From the IMG/VR virus record IMGVR_UViG_3300033129_000671, positions 1-38,728 of that record: a stretch of DNA of 38,728 bases. One strand, 5' to 3'. A program made the position numbers and the translations under genes. This stretch comes from a virus. Lineage: Duplodnaviria; Caudoviricetes. Positions within the stretch are counted from its first letter, which is position 1; every line of letters begins with the position of its first letter. The notes under the pieces were generated by a model, which saw only the letters and a program-made list of their open reading frames with translations, was not told the DNA's origin and did no database searches. This document shows positions 1-8,908 of the stretch, piece by piece.

Positions 1-157
1 GGTTTCCGCCTCGCGCACACAGAACGCGCTGACGCAAACTTTTTGCATTAGTATTTTGATTATTTTACATGCAAATTACTTGCATTATTTTGTTGAAGAA
101 TAATGTTGGTTCATCGACACCGATCATCCAGTTTTTCAAGTCGCCGCTCCCGAGTAC

Positions 158-613
158 GTGGAGGCACCCGAGGACATCCTCGCGGAACGCGTTGCGTTGC
201 GCTGGCGTGCGGTCGCGGATCTCAGCCGACAGCAGGCGCTCGACATCGTGAAGCAGGAGTTTGTGCGGCTGCACCTTGAAATCGACAAGCGGGCTGGGCT
301 TGATCATCCATCCTACGACCGAGGCTTGTCTGCGGTGCTGGCTCACATCTCCGACTCAGCCAGTCCACTGCTGGAGCTGGACGTGGTTCTCTACTGTTAC
401 GGCCTGATTGGCCGGGCGGAAGAATCCATGGAGCAGATCGCCAAACGGCATCGGCTTTCCAAACAAGCATTCTCTAAGCGCGTGGATAAACTGCTGGCCG
501 ACTTCCATCTGCCTCCCCAGAACGGGATGAGGCCCATCCACCAACGCCATGTTTACGAGTCCGTGCATGTGGCGAAGTGGGGATACATCGAGCAAGACGC
601 ACCAAGATCATGA
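158..613 (+). CDS. Small protein with sigma-70 region-4-like HTH (putative transcription regulator); start uncertain, frame is open back to 104
   Basis: LYCYGLIGRAEESMEQIAKRHRLSKQAFSKRVDKLL resembles the sigma region 4 pattern LRFGL...TLEEIG..LGLSRERV; stop overlaps the next ATG (ATGA 610-613). Confidence 0.55.
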   Translation: MEAPEDILAERVALRWRAVADLSRQQALDIVKQEFVRLHLEIDKRAGLDHPSYDRGLSAVLAHISDSASPLLELDVVLYCYGLIGRAEESMEQIAKRHRLSKQAFSKRVDKLLADFHLPPQNGMRPIHQRHVYESVHVAKWGYIEQDAPRS

Positions 614-1068
614 CCACCTACATCACAATCGACCCCGGCGTGAACGGCGGCATCGCATGGGACGGTGCGGCGCTTCCGTCCTGCATGGGGATGCCGGCGA
701 GCGACACCGAGACAGCGGAGGAGATCGGGCTGCTCTACAGTATGCGGCCCGGCGTCAAGTGCATCATCGAGGACGTTCCGAAGTTTGTCGGTAGGGCGCT
801 GCCGGGATCGACCATCTTCCCGCTAGCGTTTAACTGCGGCCTGATCCGTGGGATTGCGGTGTCACTTCGGATGCCGGTCATCCTCGTCCGCCCGCAGGAC
901 TGGCAGAAGCATTTTCGACTTGGTACCAAAGGAGACACCAGCGGAACCACCGAGTGGAAAAACCGGTTAAAGTCGGAGGCGCAGCGGCGCTACCCACATT
1001 TGAAGGTCAGTTTAAAGACAGCGGACGCACTTTTACTTCTGGCTTACGCACAGGAAAAACAACTCTAA
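610..1068 (+). CDS. RuvC-like Holliday junction resolvase
   Basis: ITIDPGVNGGIA, IIEDV, VRPQDWQKHF and ADALLL motifs carry the RNase H-fold acidic residues. Confidence 0.85.
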   Translation: MTTYITIDPGVNGGIAWDGAALPSCMGMPASDTETAEEIGLLYSMRPGVKCIIEDVPKFVGRALPGSTIFPLAFNCGLIRGIAVSLRMPVILVRPQDWQKHFRLGTKGDTSGTTEWKNRLKSEAQRRYPHLKVSLKTADALLLLAYAQEKQL

Positions 1069-1073
1069 TCATC

Positions 1074-1274
1074 ATGTTCACACCAATCGAACCAACACAG
1101 CGCAAAACTCAGAAGGTCTTTAAGGATCTAGAAGTAGGAAAGGTGCGAGTAGTCACCGCCAAGAATTTAGCATCCTTAAAAGGAATGATCCGCCATCGCA
1201 TGAAGATGCGTTCTGGTGAGTCATACTCAATCAACGAAGAAGGTCCACCATTCCAGATCCGCCGTGAATCCTAA
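1074..1274 (+). CDS. Hypothetical basic protein (66 aa)
   Basis: ATG at 1074 fills the gap between neighbouring genes. Confidence 0.6.
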   Translation: MFTPIEPTQRKTQKVFKDLEVGKVRVVTAKNLASLKGMIRHRMKMRSGESYSINEEGPPFQIRRES

Positions 1275-1275
1275 T

Positions 1276-1845
1276 ATGCAACTCGCACTACCTAATTTTG
1301 ACTCGTTCAACTCCGACCAGCTTCAAGAGTATGCGGCCCGAGAACTGGGCATCATGCGGAATGAGGCGGAGATGGCGGCTGGTATATCCGCGACGGCATT
1401 CTCTCGCGCGTGGGCGGTGGGCAAGGCGTGCGTTAAACTCAAAGATGCGGTTGGTGAGGACAAGTGGGAGGAGTACGCATCGCAAAACATCGGTGGCGGT
1501 GATTACTATGTGGTCTACCGCTGCATGCGATTGGCGCGCATGTCGCCGGAAGCGCCGCCTCTTCAGAAGTCTGGATCAAGCCAGTACAAGCAACTTCAAA
1601 TTGCGATTGGTGGCGAAACAGCGCCAAAGCCGACACCGAGGAAGACAGACGTGTACAAGTTCCAAAACCTGATGGCATCACTCGGGTGCATCCGCCGGTG
1701 GTGGAGAGAAGGGACAGTGCTGGATACGCTCGATGAGGAGATGATCACCGAGATCCTCGAAGACATGCAATTCATTATTTCTATTTACGATGACCTCAAA
1801 AAACAGATTCCCGAAACCACCGTGCCCGCCGAAGGTGGACAGTGA
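1276..1845 (+). CDS. DUF3102-like phage protein
   Basis: AWAVGKACVKLKDAVGEDKWEEYASQNIG...VYRCMRLAR resembles the DUF3102 pattern (IG.L...K.....GEW..W......A.RYMRLA). Confidence 0.55.
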   Translation: MQLALPNFDSFNSDQLQEYAARELGIMRNEAEMAAGISATAFSRAWAVGKACVKLKDAVGEDKWEEYASQNIGGGDYYVVYRCMRLARMSPEAPPLQKSGSSQYKQLQIAIGGETAPKPTPRKTDVYKFQNLMASLGCIRRWWREGTVLDTLDEEMITEILEDMQFIISIYDDLKKQIPETTVPAEGGQ

Positions 1846-1849
1846 GATC

Positions 1850-2044
1850 ATGCTGGGCGAAACACCGCCTCGAATGCAGCAGACTATGGCCGTGACACGG
1901 GAGACGGTCGCTGATTCACAAGAGCGGCTCGGTGACACGGGCGTGCTCTTGCGTGAGTGGATTGAGTGGTGCGAAAGCACAGGACGCGCGGCACATGCGG
2001 CGGATCTGATCGAGCGCAGCCGTGCGTCAATGCGCAATTCCTAA
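1850..2044 (+). CDS. Hypothetical protein (64 aa)
   Basis: Fills the gap before TerS; ATG at 1850. Confidence 0.5.
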   Translation: MLGETPPRMQQTMAVTRETVADSQERLGDTGVLLREWIEWCESTGRAAHAADLIERSRASMRNS

Positions 2045-2048
2045 GAGC

Positions 2049-2753
2049 ATGGATGCAACCACCGCCGAAGACACACAGAAGAAGCTGCAAGACCTGCTCG
2101 CGCGGGTGAAAGCAGGTTATCCGTTGTCCTATGCGGAAAGTGAGTTTCTGAAGCAACGCAACATTAATTCGAGTTACCAGACGCAGAAAGATGTCGCCGC
2201 CTTCTTCTCAATCACTCCCGCTGCTCTGCGTCGATGGGAAGAGAGGTATCCCGAGGCATTCGTCAAAGATCCGAATGGCTACGACATCGAGAAGATCAAG
2301 GCCGCAAGGCAGCAGTTTCTGGCCAGCAGTAATTATACGCGGCTGAACGACGGGGACACGATCAACGTCGAAGGCGTGCAGGATGTGGCGACGCTCAAGG
2401 CGCGCAAGATCCATCTGGAATGTCAGAAGCTGGCGACGCAAATCGAGATCCTACAGGCGAAATACGTCTCGGTGGACGAGGTACTGGCTCAAGTGCGGGC
2501 AGTGATGTATGCGATCAAAGAGAAGATTAAGCGCATTCCGCCGGAGATGGCATATGAGGTGAGCGGTGTATCACCTGCGGAGGCTGAAGAGCGACTTTTA
2601 ACCTGCATCGACAAGATCCTGCGGGAAATGGAGCAGGAAGATTACATCAAGATCGAGGAGCAGTTAAAAGCGAAAAAGGTGGACGTTGAGATGATGGAAG
2701 TCGAGATCGCGCCAACTGAGCCAATAAAGCGAGGGAGACCGCGCAAAAGCTAA
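2049..2753 (+). CDS. terS: Terminase small subunit (Nu1-like)
   Basis: Winged-HTH TQKDVAAFFSITPAALRRW followed by a coiled coil KARKIHLECQKL...YVSVDEV; directly upstream of TerL with a TAATG overlap. Confidence 0.8.
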   Translation: MDATTAEDTQKKLQDLLARVKAGYPLSYAESEFLKQRNINSSYQTQKDVAAFFSITPAALRRWEERYPEAFVKDPNGYDIEKIKAARQQFLASSNYTRLNDGDTINVEGVQDVATLKARKIHLECQKLATQIEILQAKYVSVDEVLAQVRAVMYAIKEKIKRIPPEMAYEVSGVSPAEAEERLLTCIDKILREMEQEDYIKIEEQLKAKKVDVEMMEVEIAPTEPIKRGRPRKS

Positions 2754-4561
2754 TGGCATTCTCAATCTATTCGCTGATGTCGGAGGTTTGGCGGCCAACG
2801 CCCAAGCTGCCAGTGGATGAGTGGCTGCGAACGCACGTCAGATTCGAGCGCGGGCCGATTCTCGGATCTTTCGACGTGCGGAATTCGCCATGGATCAAAG
2901 CGCCGCTCGAAGAACTGCGAAACCACGAGACAAGGGAGATCATCTGCGCGTGTTCGGTGCAGTCAGCCAAGACCGCCTTGGCCGAAGGAGCGATGCTCTA
3001 CCTGATCGCGGAGGAAGGTGGCGATATGTGCTTGTACCTCCAGACCGATGAGCACGCCGACGAGTTCCTTGATACGCGGTTCAAGCATCGCATTCTCGAC
3101 TGTAAGCCAGTCCGTGCGATGCTCAATAAAGGGGACAAGAGCATACAGAAGCGGACGGTGGCATTCGCCCACATGACCCAGTACGTGATGGGGGCGAGCA
3201 ACATCCACAACCTCCAGTCCAAGGCAGCGCGCTACGTCATCGGGGACGAGGCAGCTTACTGGACGCACGGGCATATCGACGAGTCACGCAAGCGGACGAC
3301 ATCGTTTGATGCGCGGAATTCTAAGCGCATTTACGTATCGACGCCGATGAACAACAGCGGCGAGTTCTACGAGAGCTTTTCCGCCGGGTCATGCAGCGAG
3401 TGGCATGTGGCTTGTCCAGCCTGCGGAGAGAAGTGGCCGATGGTGCTGGGTCAGCTCAAGTGGGACGGTGAAGGAGCTAAGCTGGCCGACGGCAAATACG
3501 ACCTCGCGCGGATAAAAAACACGGTCAGATACGAGTGTCCTGCCTGCAAGGTGCACCTCAAGGACGAACCGCAAGTGCGCCGACAGATCGCGAACAGCGG
3601 GTTTTACGAGAACCAAAACTCCGCACCAGACCCGCGCGTAAAGAGTTACCACTGGAACGCTTTGACCGTGCCATGGGTGGCGTGGGACACGATCGCAAGC
3701 GAGTTCCTCAAGGCCGAACACGCACGGAAGCTGGGAGATTATTCGCCGCTCGCGGAGTTTGTGCGTAAGCGGCTGGGCGAGTTTTGGGATATGCGGGAGT
3801 TCCAGAGCGAAGAGGTCAATTTGTCGGGGGGATTCGCCATGGAAGAGCCATGGGATCAAGAATACCGGCGTTACATGACGGTGGACGTTCAGCGTGACTA
3901 TTTCCGCGTCATCATCCGTCTGTGGGCGCAAAACGGAGAATCTCGACTGTTTTACGCAGGGGAGCTGCACACATGGGCGCAACTGCGTGAGCTACAGAAG
4001 AAATACGAGGTCACCGACAGGCGCGTGTTCGTCGATTGCGGCTTCGAGCGGTATCAAGGCGAGGTGTACAGGCAATGTGCGGCCCATGATTGGTTTGCGC
4101 TCAAGGGGGACAAGGCGCAATTCTTCACGTGGACGCTGATGGACAAGAGGACAGGCCGCAGTCGGTCAGTGAAACGTCCATATTCGCAGATCCAGCACGT
4201 CGATTCCGGTGTTGGTCTTGCAAGATCCAAGGCGCGCAACGCTCGGCAGGCTGACTTGTGCGACCGCATCGTCTGGAGTAGTGACTACATCAAGCTGGTG
4301 CTTCATCGCCTACGCTCCGGCCAAGGCGCATCATGGCAGATCGCGCACAACGCGCCTAAGTGGTACTTCAAAGAGATCCAGAACGAGGTGTTTGTCACCG
4401 AGAAGGACAAGCGGACCGGCAAGAACAAGACGTTCTTTAAAAAGCTGGGAGAGAACCACTCTTTTGACGCTGAAGCCATGCAGGTGCTGGCCGCTTGCAT
4501 TGAAAAGATCATCGGACAGGCCGAAATCATCACAAACGAGGCAGATTCTGTCAACGCTTGA
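2753..4561 (+). CDS. terL: Terminase large subunit, lambda GpA family
   Basis: SVQSAKT deviant Walker A, YVIGDE Walker B, VSTP coupling motif, two CPAC motifs, TVDVQ nuclease motif and C-terminal NHSFDAE. Confidence 0.93.
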   Translation: MAFSIYSLMSEVWRPTPKLPVDEWLRTHVRFERGPILGSFDVRNSPWIKAPLEELRNHETREIICACSVQSAKTALAEGAMLYLIAEEGGDMCLYLQTDEHADEFLDTRFKHRILDCKPVRAMLNKGDKSIQKRTVAFAHMTQYVMGASNIHNLQSKAARYVIGDEAAYWTHGHIDESRKRTTSFDARNSKRIYVSTPMNNSGEFYESFSAGSCSEWHVACPACGEKWPMVLGQLKWDGEGAKLADGKYDLARIKNTVRYECPACKVHLKDEPQVRRQIANSGFYENQNSAPDPRVKSYHWNALTVPWVAWDTIASEFLKAEHARKLGDYSPLAEFVRKRLGEFWDMREFQSEEVNLSGGFAMEEPWDQEYRRYMTVDVQRDYFRVIIRLWAQNGESRLFYAGELHTWAQLRELQKKYEVTDRRVFVDCGFERYQGEVYRQCAAHDWFALKGDKAQFFTWTLMDKRTGRSRSVKRPYSQIQHVDSGVGLARSKARNARQADLCDRIVWSSDYIKLVLHRLRSGQGASWQIAHNAPKWYFKEIQNEVFVTEKDKRTGKNKTFFKKLGENHSFDAEAMQVLAACIEKIIGQAEIITNEADSVNA

Positions 4562-4580
4562 CAGGCAGGATGACTTTATG
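4558..4580 (+). promoter_or_regulatory. TTGACA-N14-ATG element 1 (gpW-like/portal unit)
   Basis: TTGACA 4558-4563, ATG 4578. Confidence 0.7.
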
Positions 4581-4853
4581 GGCGGACCATCAATTTTACG
4601 ATATGCGTCTTTGCAGTACTGCGAAACGCTCTACGACCAGTGTCTCACGGCGCTGGCTGATGGTCAGGGCACCATGGTCATCTCTACATCGGGCGGCGGT
4701 GAGTCTGAAACGCGATCCAGCGGCAATGACGGAGGCGTTCCAGTCATGACTTTGATGCGTGCAGTCATGCGGCGGATGCACCAGCTCGATCCGGTCAAAT
4801 ATCCAGCCATTTCGAACCGACTCAAAGCAGATTTTAGCGGCCTCACATTATGA
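4578..4853 (+). CDS. Head completion / head-tail joining protein (gpW-like by position)
   Basis: 91 aa between GpA-type TerL and the lambda-type portal; helix-hairpin-helix-like layout; ATGA overlap with portal. Confidence 0.6.
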   Translation: MGGPSILRYASLQYCETLYDQCLTALADGQGTMVISTSGGGESETRSSGNDGGVPVMTLMRAVMRRMHQLDPVKYPAISNRLKADFSGLTL

Positions 4854-6511
4854 CCTATCTCGAATCCATGATCCGCGCGGTGAATCCGAAGCTTGCTTTG
4901 GAGCGCGCGCGTGCAAAAGCGGCTCTCGATGCGGGGGAAAGGGTGGGATTCTGGCGTGTGGGTGCGCAATCAAGCACTAACCGCAAGGCTAGCGGCCAGA
5001 CGCTCGACCAGCCGGATTCTTCGCGGAATCACACGGATCGGGTCACTTTGATCCGCGAAGCTCGCTGGCTGGAAGAAAACAGCAGCGTCGTGAAGTCGAT
5101 CCTGCGGAAGTACAGAACCTTTTCGGTGGGTCGGCTTCAGTACGTAGCGCGCACGAGTAACGAGGCGGTCAACAAGCAGATCGGCGCGTATGTTGAAAGG
5201 TGGATGGCCAACGCAGACGCCAGCCAGCGGCATCATTTTCGCACTCTGGCCGGTCTGGGCGTGACCAGTATGAAGCGCGACGGCGATATTGGATTCATCG
5301 TGCTGGAGGAACCAATGACGCCACTGGAGCAGATGATGATGGTGTCACCAATCCGCATCCAAGCCATCGAAGCGGATCGGATCGGCTCAATCGTGAACCG
5401 CGAAGGACTCGACACGCGACCATTCAAGCCGTTGAAGAAGAACGAGCAGGACTTTTCTGGCGTCGTCGTCAATGGTGCGGGAAAGCCGATACGCTACCGC
5501 ATTTACAACCGCAGTCGGACAGGTGAAACGATGACTCCGGCGCTGGAAGTGCCGGCGCAGGATTTTCTTCACTTGTTCGATCCGACGCGGTTGGATTCAT
5601 ATCGCGGCTTCTCGGTGTTTGACGCGGCGGTGACCGACATCAAAGACCTGATGGAGATTCTGGCGTGCGAGAAGATGTCGGTGAAGATGCTCTCTAGCAT
5701 CTCGGGCGTAGTGAACAACTCGGACGGGTCGGCAGATCAAGATGTCTCGCTGGACATTTCGCACGATTACAATCCGGATGCGGATCGACTGAAGAAGATC
5801 GAGCCGGGCACTATCGAGTACTTGGCTGAAGGTGAAAGCTTCAACCCGGTTGAAAGTAACCGCCCGTCGCCGACGTTTAACGGTTTTCTTGACTCGCTCA
5901 TCCGCAACTGCGGGATGGCGACGAACTTGCCGTTTGGCTTCATCTACTCGTGGGCGGGACAAGGCACTGCCGTCCGGATGGAAGCGGCACAGGCGGCCCG
6001 TGAGTTTGAAATGACGCAGCTTACACTGGAAGAGAAACTACTCAATCCTCTGGTGCGGCGCGTGATTGCTCGCGGGATGCAGCTCGGGCACATCCCAACA
6101 GTACCAGATTTTGACTCCGGTGAATGGCGCTATCCTGCAAAGGTCACGGCGGACGTTGGCCGCGAGTCAAAAGCCCTTATCGACGAGACCATGGCTGGCA
6201 TCATCTCCAAGACGCAGATTGCGGCGGATCGCGGCGAGGATCGGACTATTATTCGCGATCTCCTGCGCGCGGAAGCTATGGAGCTAGTCGAGGATGCGAA
6301 GATGGTACAGGAAGCATCTGGCGGTGTGCTGGATCTACCAACAGCCATCTACATGCTCGAACGCCGGGCACCTAATGCGCCAACCATCGCTGCACCAGCG
6401 GCTGCGCCGGCGGAGGAGCCAATGGATGACGACAGTCCTGACGAGGTGGAGGATACTGTTGAAGATGAGGTCGAGGACATCGCTGAGGGCGACACCGAAG
6501 AGGACTCATAA
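4850..6511 (+). CDS. Portal protein, lambda family, with an acidic C-terminal tail
   Basis: R..AR.LEENS, RDGDIG, IQAIEADRI, LHLFDP.R..SYRG motifs; position after TerL. Confidence 0.92.
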   Translation: MTYLESMIRAVNPKLALERARAKAALDAGERVGFWRVGAQSSTNRKASGQTLDQPDSSRNHTDRVTLIREARWLEENSSVVKSILRKYRTFSVGRLQYVARTSNEAVNKQIGAYVERWMANADASQRHHFRTLAGLGVTSMKRDGDIGFIVLEEPMTPLEQMMMVSPIRIQAIEADRIGSIVNREGLDTRPFKPLKKNEQDFSGVVVNGAGKPIRYRIYNRSRTGETMTPALEVPAQDFLHLFDPTRLDSYRGFSVFDAAVTDIKDLMEILACEKMSVKMLSSISGVVNNSDGSADQDVSLDISHDYNPDADRLKKIEPGTIEYLAEGESFNPVESNRPSPTFNGFLDSLIRNCGMATNLPFGFIYSWAGQGTAVRMEAAQAAREFEMTQLTLEEKLLNPLVRRVIARGMQLGHIPTVPDFDSGEWRYPAKVTADVGRESKALIDETMAGIISKTQIAADRGEDRTIIRDLLRAEAMELVEDAKMVQEASGGVLDLPTAIYMLERRAPNAPTIAAPAAAPAEEPMDDDSPDEVEDTVEDEVEDIAEGDTEEDS

Positions 6512-6513
6512 GA

Positions 6514-6536
6514 TTGACATTGCGGCGGCGAGTATG
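6514..6536 (+). promoter_or_regulatory. TTGACA-N14-ATG element 2 (protease)
   Basis: TAAGATTGACA, TTGACA 6514-6519, ATG 6534. Confidence 0.75.
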
Positions 6537-7445
6537 CCAGTCACCGAAGAGCTTCAGACGTTCGCCGCATTCCAAGGGAAAGTTTCAGGAAACACCATCA
6601 TGGGTGTTTCTTTAATTCAGGAAGGCCCGGCGCTTGGCCATGGCGTGTTTGTGGATCGCAAGTCGCTTGGACAGTTCAAAGCACTTGCGATGGCGAAGGG
6701 ACGGGTGAAGGCAAAGCTGAACCACTTCTCTTCGGTGCAGGATACGGTTGGGTATTATGAGAATTTTCGGGTCAGCAAAGGAAAGTTGCTTGCTGATCTG
6801 ACTCTTTTTGATGCACACGCCGGCAAAGATATGCTGCTCGAAATGATCAATGAGATTCCAGCCGCTTTTGGCGTTTCCTTGATGTTTGCAGCGGATTCTC
6901 CAGAACTGGACAAGGAAAGCGGCAATTACATGACCCGCCCGCGTGGTCTGTATTCGGCTGACTTTGTAGACACCCCCGCAGCCAATGCGGATGGAGTCTT
7001 TTCGGCTGATCAGATTGACACCGACGAGCCTGTTATGGGTGACCCATCAATTCCGCCAGAAACGCCAGAAGTTCCCGAAGCTCCTTTTTTCGTTTCCGAA
7101 TTTTCGGCACTGTCTGAAAAGATCGAACAATTGACCGCGCAGATGGCGGCCTACGAAGCCAAGCTTGCCAGCGAGTGCGAGAAGATCGCCGCAGACATCA
7201 AAGCGTTTGCCGAAAAGCCAGCGGCTGACCTCGAACTGCAAGCTCGACTCGCTGCTGCTGCTCCTGCGCCGGCTGCCTTCTCTGCTCCAGTAAACGAGCA
7301 AGAAGTCGCCGCTCCTGTGATCGCTTTTGCTGACGCCAAGAAGGCCGCTCTCGAAGGCAAGGTCGGACTCGAACGCATTAAAGCGGCTCGCGCATTTTCT
7401 GAGAAGTTTCCTTCTGAGGCTTCCTATCTTTCTGCTCAATCTTAA
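6534..7445 (+). CDS. Prohead protease fused to a C-terminal scaffold domain
   Basis: N-terminal KLNH...VG...FGVS...SADFVDTPAAN resembles clan SH prohead proteases; C-terminal Ala/Glu-rich coiled coil; lies between portal and capsid. Confidence 0.8.
   Translation: MPVTEELQTFAAFQGKVSGNTIMGVSLIQEGPALGHGVFVDRKSLGQFKALAMAKGRVKAKLNHFSSVQDTVGYYENFRVSKGKLLADLTLFDAHAGKDMLLEMINEIPAAFGVSLMFAADSPELDKESGNYMTRPRGLYSADFVDTPAANADGVFSADQIDTDEPVMGDPSIPPETPEVPEAPFFVSEFSALSEKIEQLTAQMAAYEAKLASECEKIAADIKAFAEKPAADLELQARLAAAAPAPAAFSAPVNEQEVAAPVIAFADAKKAALEGKVGLERIKAARAFSEKFPSEASYLSAQS
7015..7037 (+). promoter_or_regulatory. TTGACA-N14-ATG element 3 (internal to the protease gene)
   Basis: CAGATTGACA, TTGACA 7015-7020, in-frame ATG 7035. 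Confidence 0.7.
7035..7445 (+). CDS. Nested in-frame scaffold protein (136 aa, analogous to lambda Nu3)
   Basis: ATG in frame with 6534 (offset 501 nt) at the protease/coiled-coil boundary, with the same upstream motif as other structural genes. Confidence 0.65.
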   Translation: MGDPSIPPETPEVPEAPFFVSEFSALSEKIEQLTAQMAAYEAKLASECEKIAADIKAFAEKPAADLELQARLAAAAPAPAAFSAPVNEQEVAAPVIAFADAKKAALEGKVGLERIKAARAFSEKFPSEASYLSAQS

Positions 7446-7463
7446 CAATTTTTTCTTACTACC

Positions 7464-8405
7464 ATGCCTCAAGCTAACCTGCTCGACATCGCCAAGCTTA
7501 ATGGCTCCGACACCATCGTCGGGCTCATTGAGGAGACCCTGACCTACGCTCCCGAGGTTCAGATCATGCCAGCCCGCACTATTCGCGGCACCAGCTACAA
7601 GATTGCTTCGCGCGTCTCGTATCCCGGTGTTGGCTTCCGTGCTGCTAACGAAGGCTCGACTCCAACCAAGTCCGAATTCGAGAACCAGTTGATCGAGTGC
7701 TACATCCTGAGCGGTGCAGTGCAGGCCGACTTGGCCGTGGCTCGCGCTTACGAAGATGGTGAGCAAGCTTGGAAAGACATCGAATCGGTCGGTGTCATGC
7801 GCCAAGCAATGATTGAGCTGGGTTCCCAAGTCATCTATGGAACCACCGCTGATGCAAAGGGCTTTCCCGGCCTGCAAGCTATCCACACCGCATTCAACGC
7901 TGGCCTCGTGGTTGATGCTGGCGGAACCACTGGTGGCACCGCTTCCTCGGTGTACGGCATCAATACCGACACCCAAGGCGTACAGCTCGTTTTCGGTGCT
8001 GGTACCACCTTTGAACTCGGCGAGTGGCGCATTGAAAACGTCGGCACCTCCTCGGTCTACCCAGCGCACGTTGCTAACTTGACCGCTTGGGTCGGTATGC
8101 AGGTCGGTAGCAAGTACAGCGTTGGTCGCCTTAAAGACGCGACCGCCGATTCTGGTGCCGGTGTCACCGACGCCAAACTGGCCGAACTGCTCAGCAAGTA
8201 CCCAGTTGGCTACCGCCCTAACTACTGGCTGATGAACCGCCGTAGCGCCTATCAATTGCAGGTCAGCCGTTCTGCTTCCAGTGTGCAGAATGGTGTCAAA
8301 ACCTCCAGCGGTGCTGAAATCTTCGCTCCTCTCCCAAGCGAATCCAACGGCATCCCAATCGTTATCACCGACTCCATCGCCAACGATGAAGCTCTCACCG
8401 CCTAA
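7464..8405 (+). CDS. Major capsid protein (HK97 fold)
   Basis: 313 aa after the scaffold; FRAANEG, GFPGL, WLMNRR and GIPIVITDSI motifs; strongly biased codon usage. Confidence 0.88.
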   Translation: MPQANLLDIAKLNGSDTIVGLIEETLTYAPEVQIMPARTIRGTSYKIASRVSYPGVGFRAANEGSTPTKSEFENQLIECYILSGAVQADLAVARAYEDGEQAWKDIESVGVMRQAMIELGSQVIYGTTADAKGFPGLQAIHTAFNAGLVVDAGGTTGGTASSVYGINTDTQGVQLVFGAGTTFELGEWRIENVGTSSVYPAHVANLTAWVGMQVGSKYSVGRLKDATADSGAGVTDAKLAELLSKYPVGYRPNYWLMNRRSAYQLQVSRSASSVQNGVKTSSGAEIFAPLPSESNGIPIVITDSIANDEALTA

Positions 8406-8424
8406 GTTCTAAGAATCTAAGACC

Positions 8425-8835
8425 ATGCCAAACGAATTCTCTCGAAACATTCAGGACGCTGACCTGACCAAGGCGCGCCTCCTGACCGCCGCTGACGGTA
8501 ACGTCACTTCTCCTGATTTGGATCTCGGTACGAACACGAAAGCGTTCTTGACCGAGAATCACGAACTTGAAGTGCGTATTCCGGCTTTGACCAGCGTTCA
8601 ATTAGCTTCCGGCGACGCTATTGCTGTGTTGGTTCAAGGCGGCCCTGCCGTTTTGCCAACCACTAGCCTTGGTTTGTCGGCCACCTTGTCCGGCAGTGCC
8701 AGCGGCACGGTTGAAACCGCATTCCGTTTTCGGTTGCCAGCCAACTGCCCACGCTACGTGAACGTCAAGTTCACCAGCTCGGGCACCTCTGGCGACATGA
8801 GCGCGGTGAGCGCGGCAGTGAAGCTGCTCTTCTAG
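8425..8835 (+). CDS. Capsid cement/decoration protein (Bbp16-like jelly roll)
   Basis: TSPDLDLG ... RFRLP...RYVNVKFT, beta-rich 136 aa directly after the capsid gene. Confidence 0.65.
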   Translation: MPNEFSRNIQDADLTKARLLTAADGNVTSPDLDLGTNTKAFLTENHELEVRIPALTSVQLASGDAIAVLVQGGPAVLPTTSLGLSATLSGSASGTVETAFRFRLPANCPRYVNVKFTSSGTSGDMSAVSAAVKLLF

Positions 8836-8866
8836 TTTTTGGTGCTGGGTGTTGTCTTCATCGTGG

Positions 8867-8903
8867 GCGGCTGACAGGGTTTCATCCTTGTCAGCCGCTT
8901 TTT
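8867..8903 (+). terminator. Intrinsic terminator after capsid/cement genes
   Basis: GCGGCTGACAGGG-TTTCAT-CCTTGTCAGCCGC followed by TTTTT. Confidence 0.85.
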
Positions 8904-8908
8904 ATTGT

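Noticed and set aside
4209-4577. Long 5' extension of the gpW-like ORF given in the track (214 aa)
   Set aside because: Overlaps TerL out of frame; ATG 4578 with the conserved upstream motif is the better start
6294-6533. 5' extension of the protease ORF (383 aa in track)
   Set aside because: Overlaps the portal C-terminus; ATG 6534 carries the motif
7047-8255. 402-aa minus-strand ORF antisense to scaffold and capsid genes
   Set aside because: Mirror frame of strongly codon-biased genes; no recognisable motifs or expression signals
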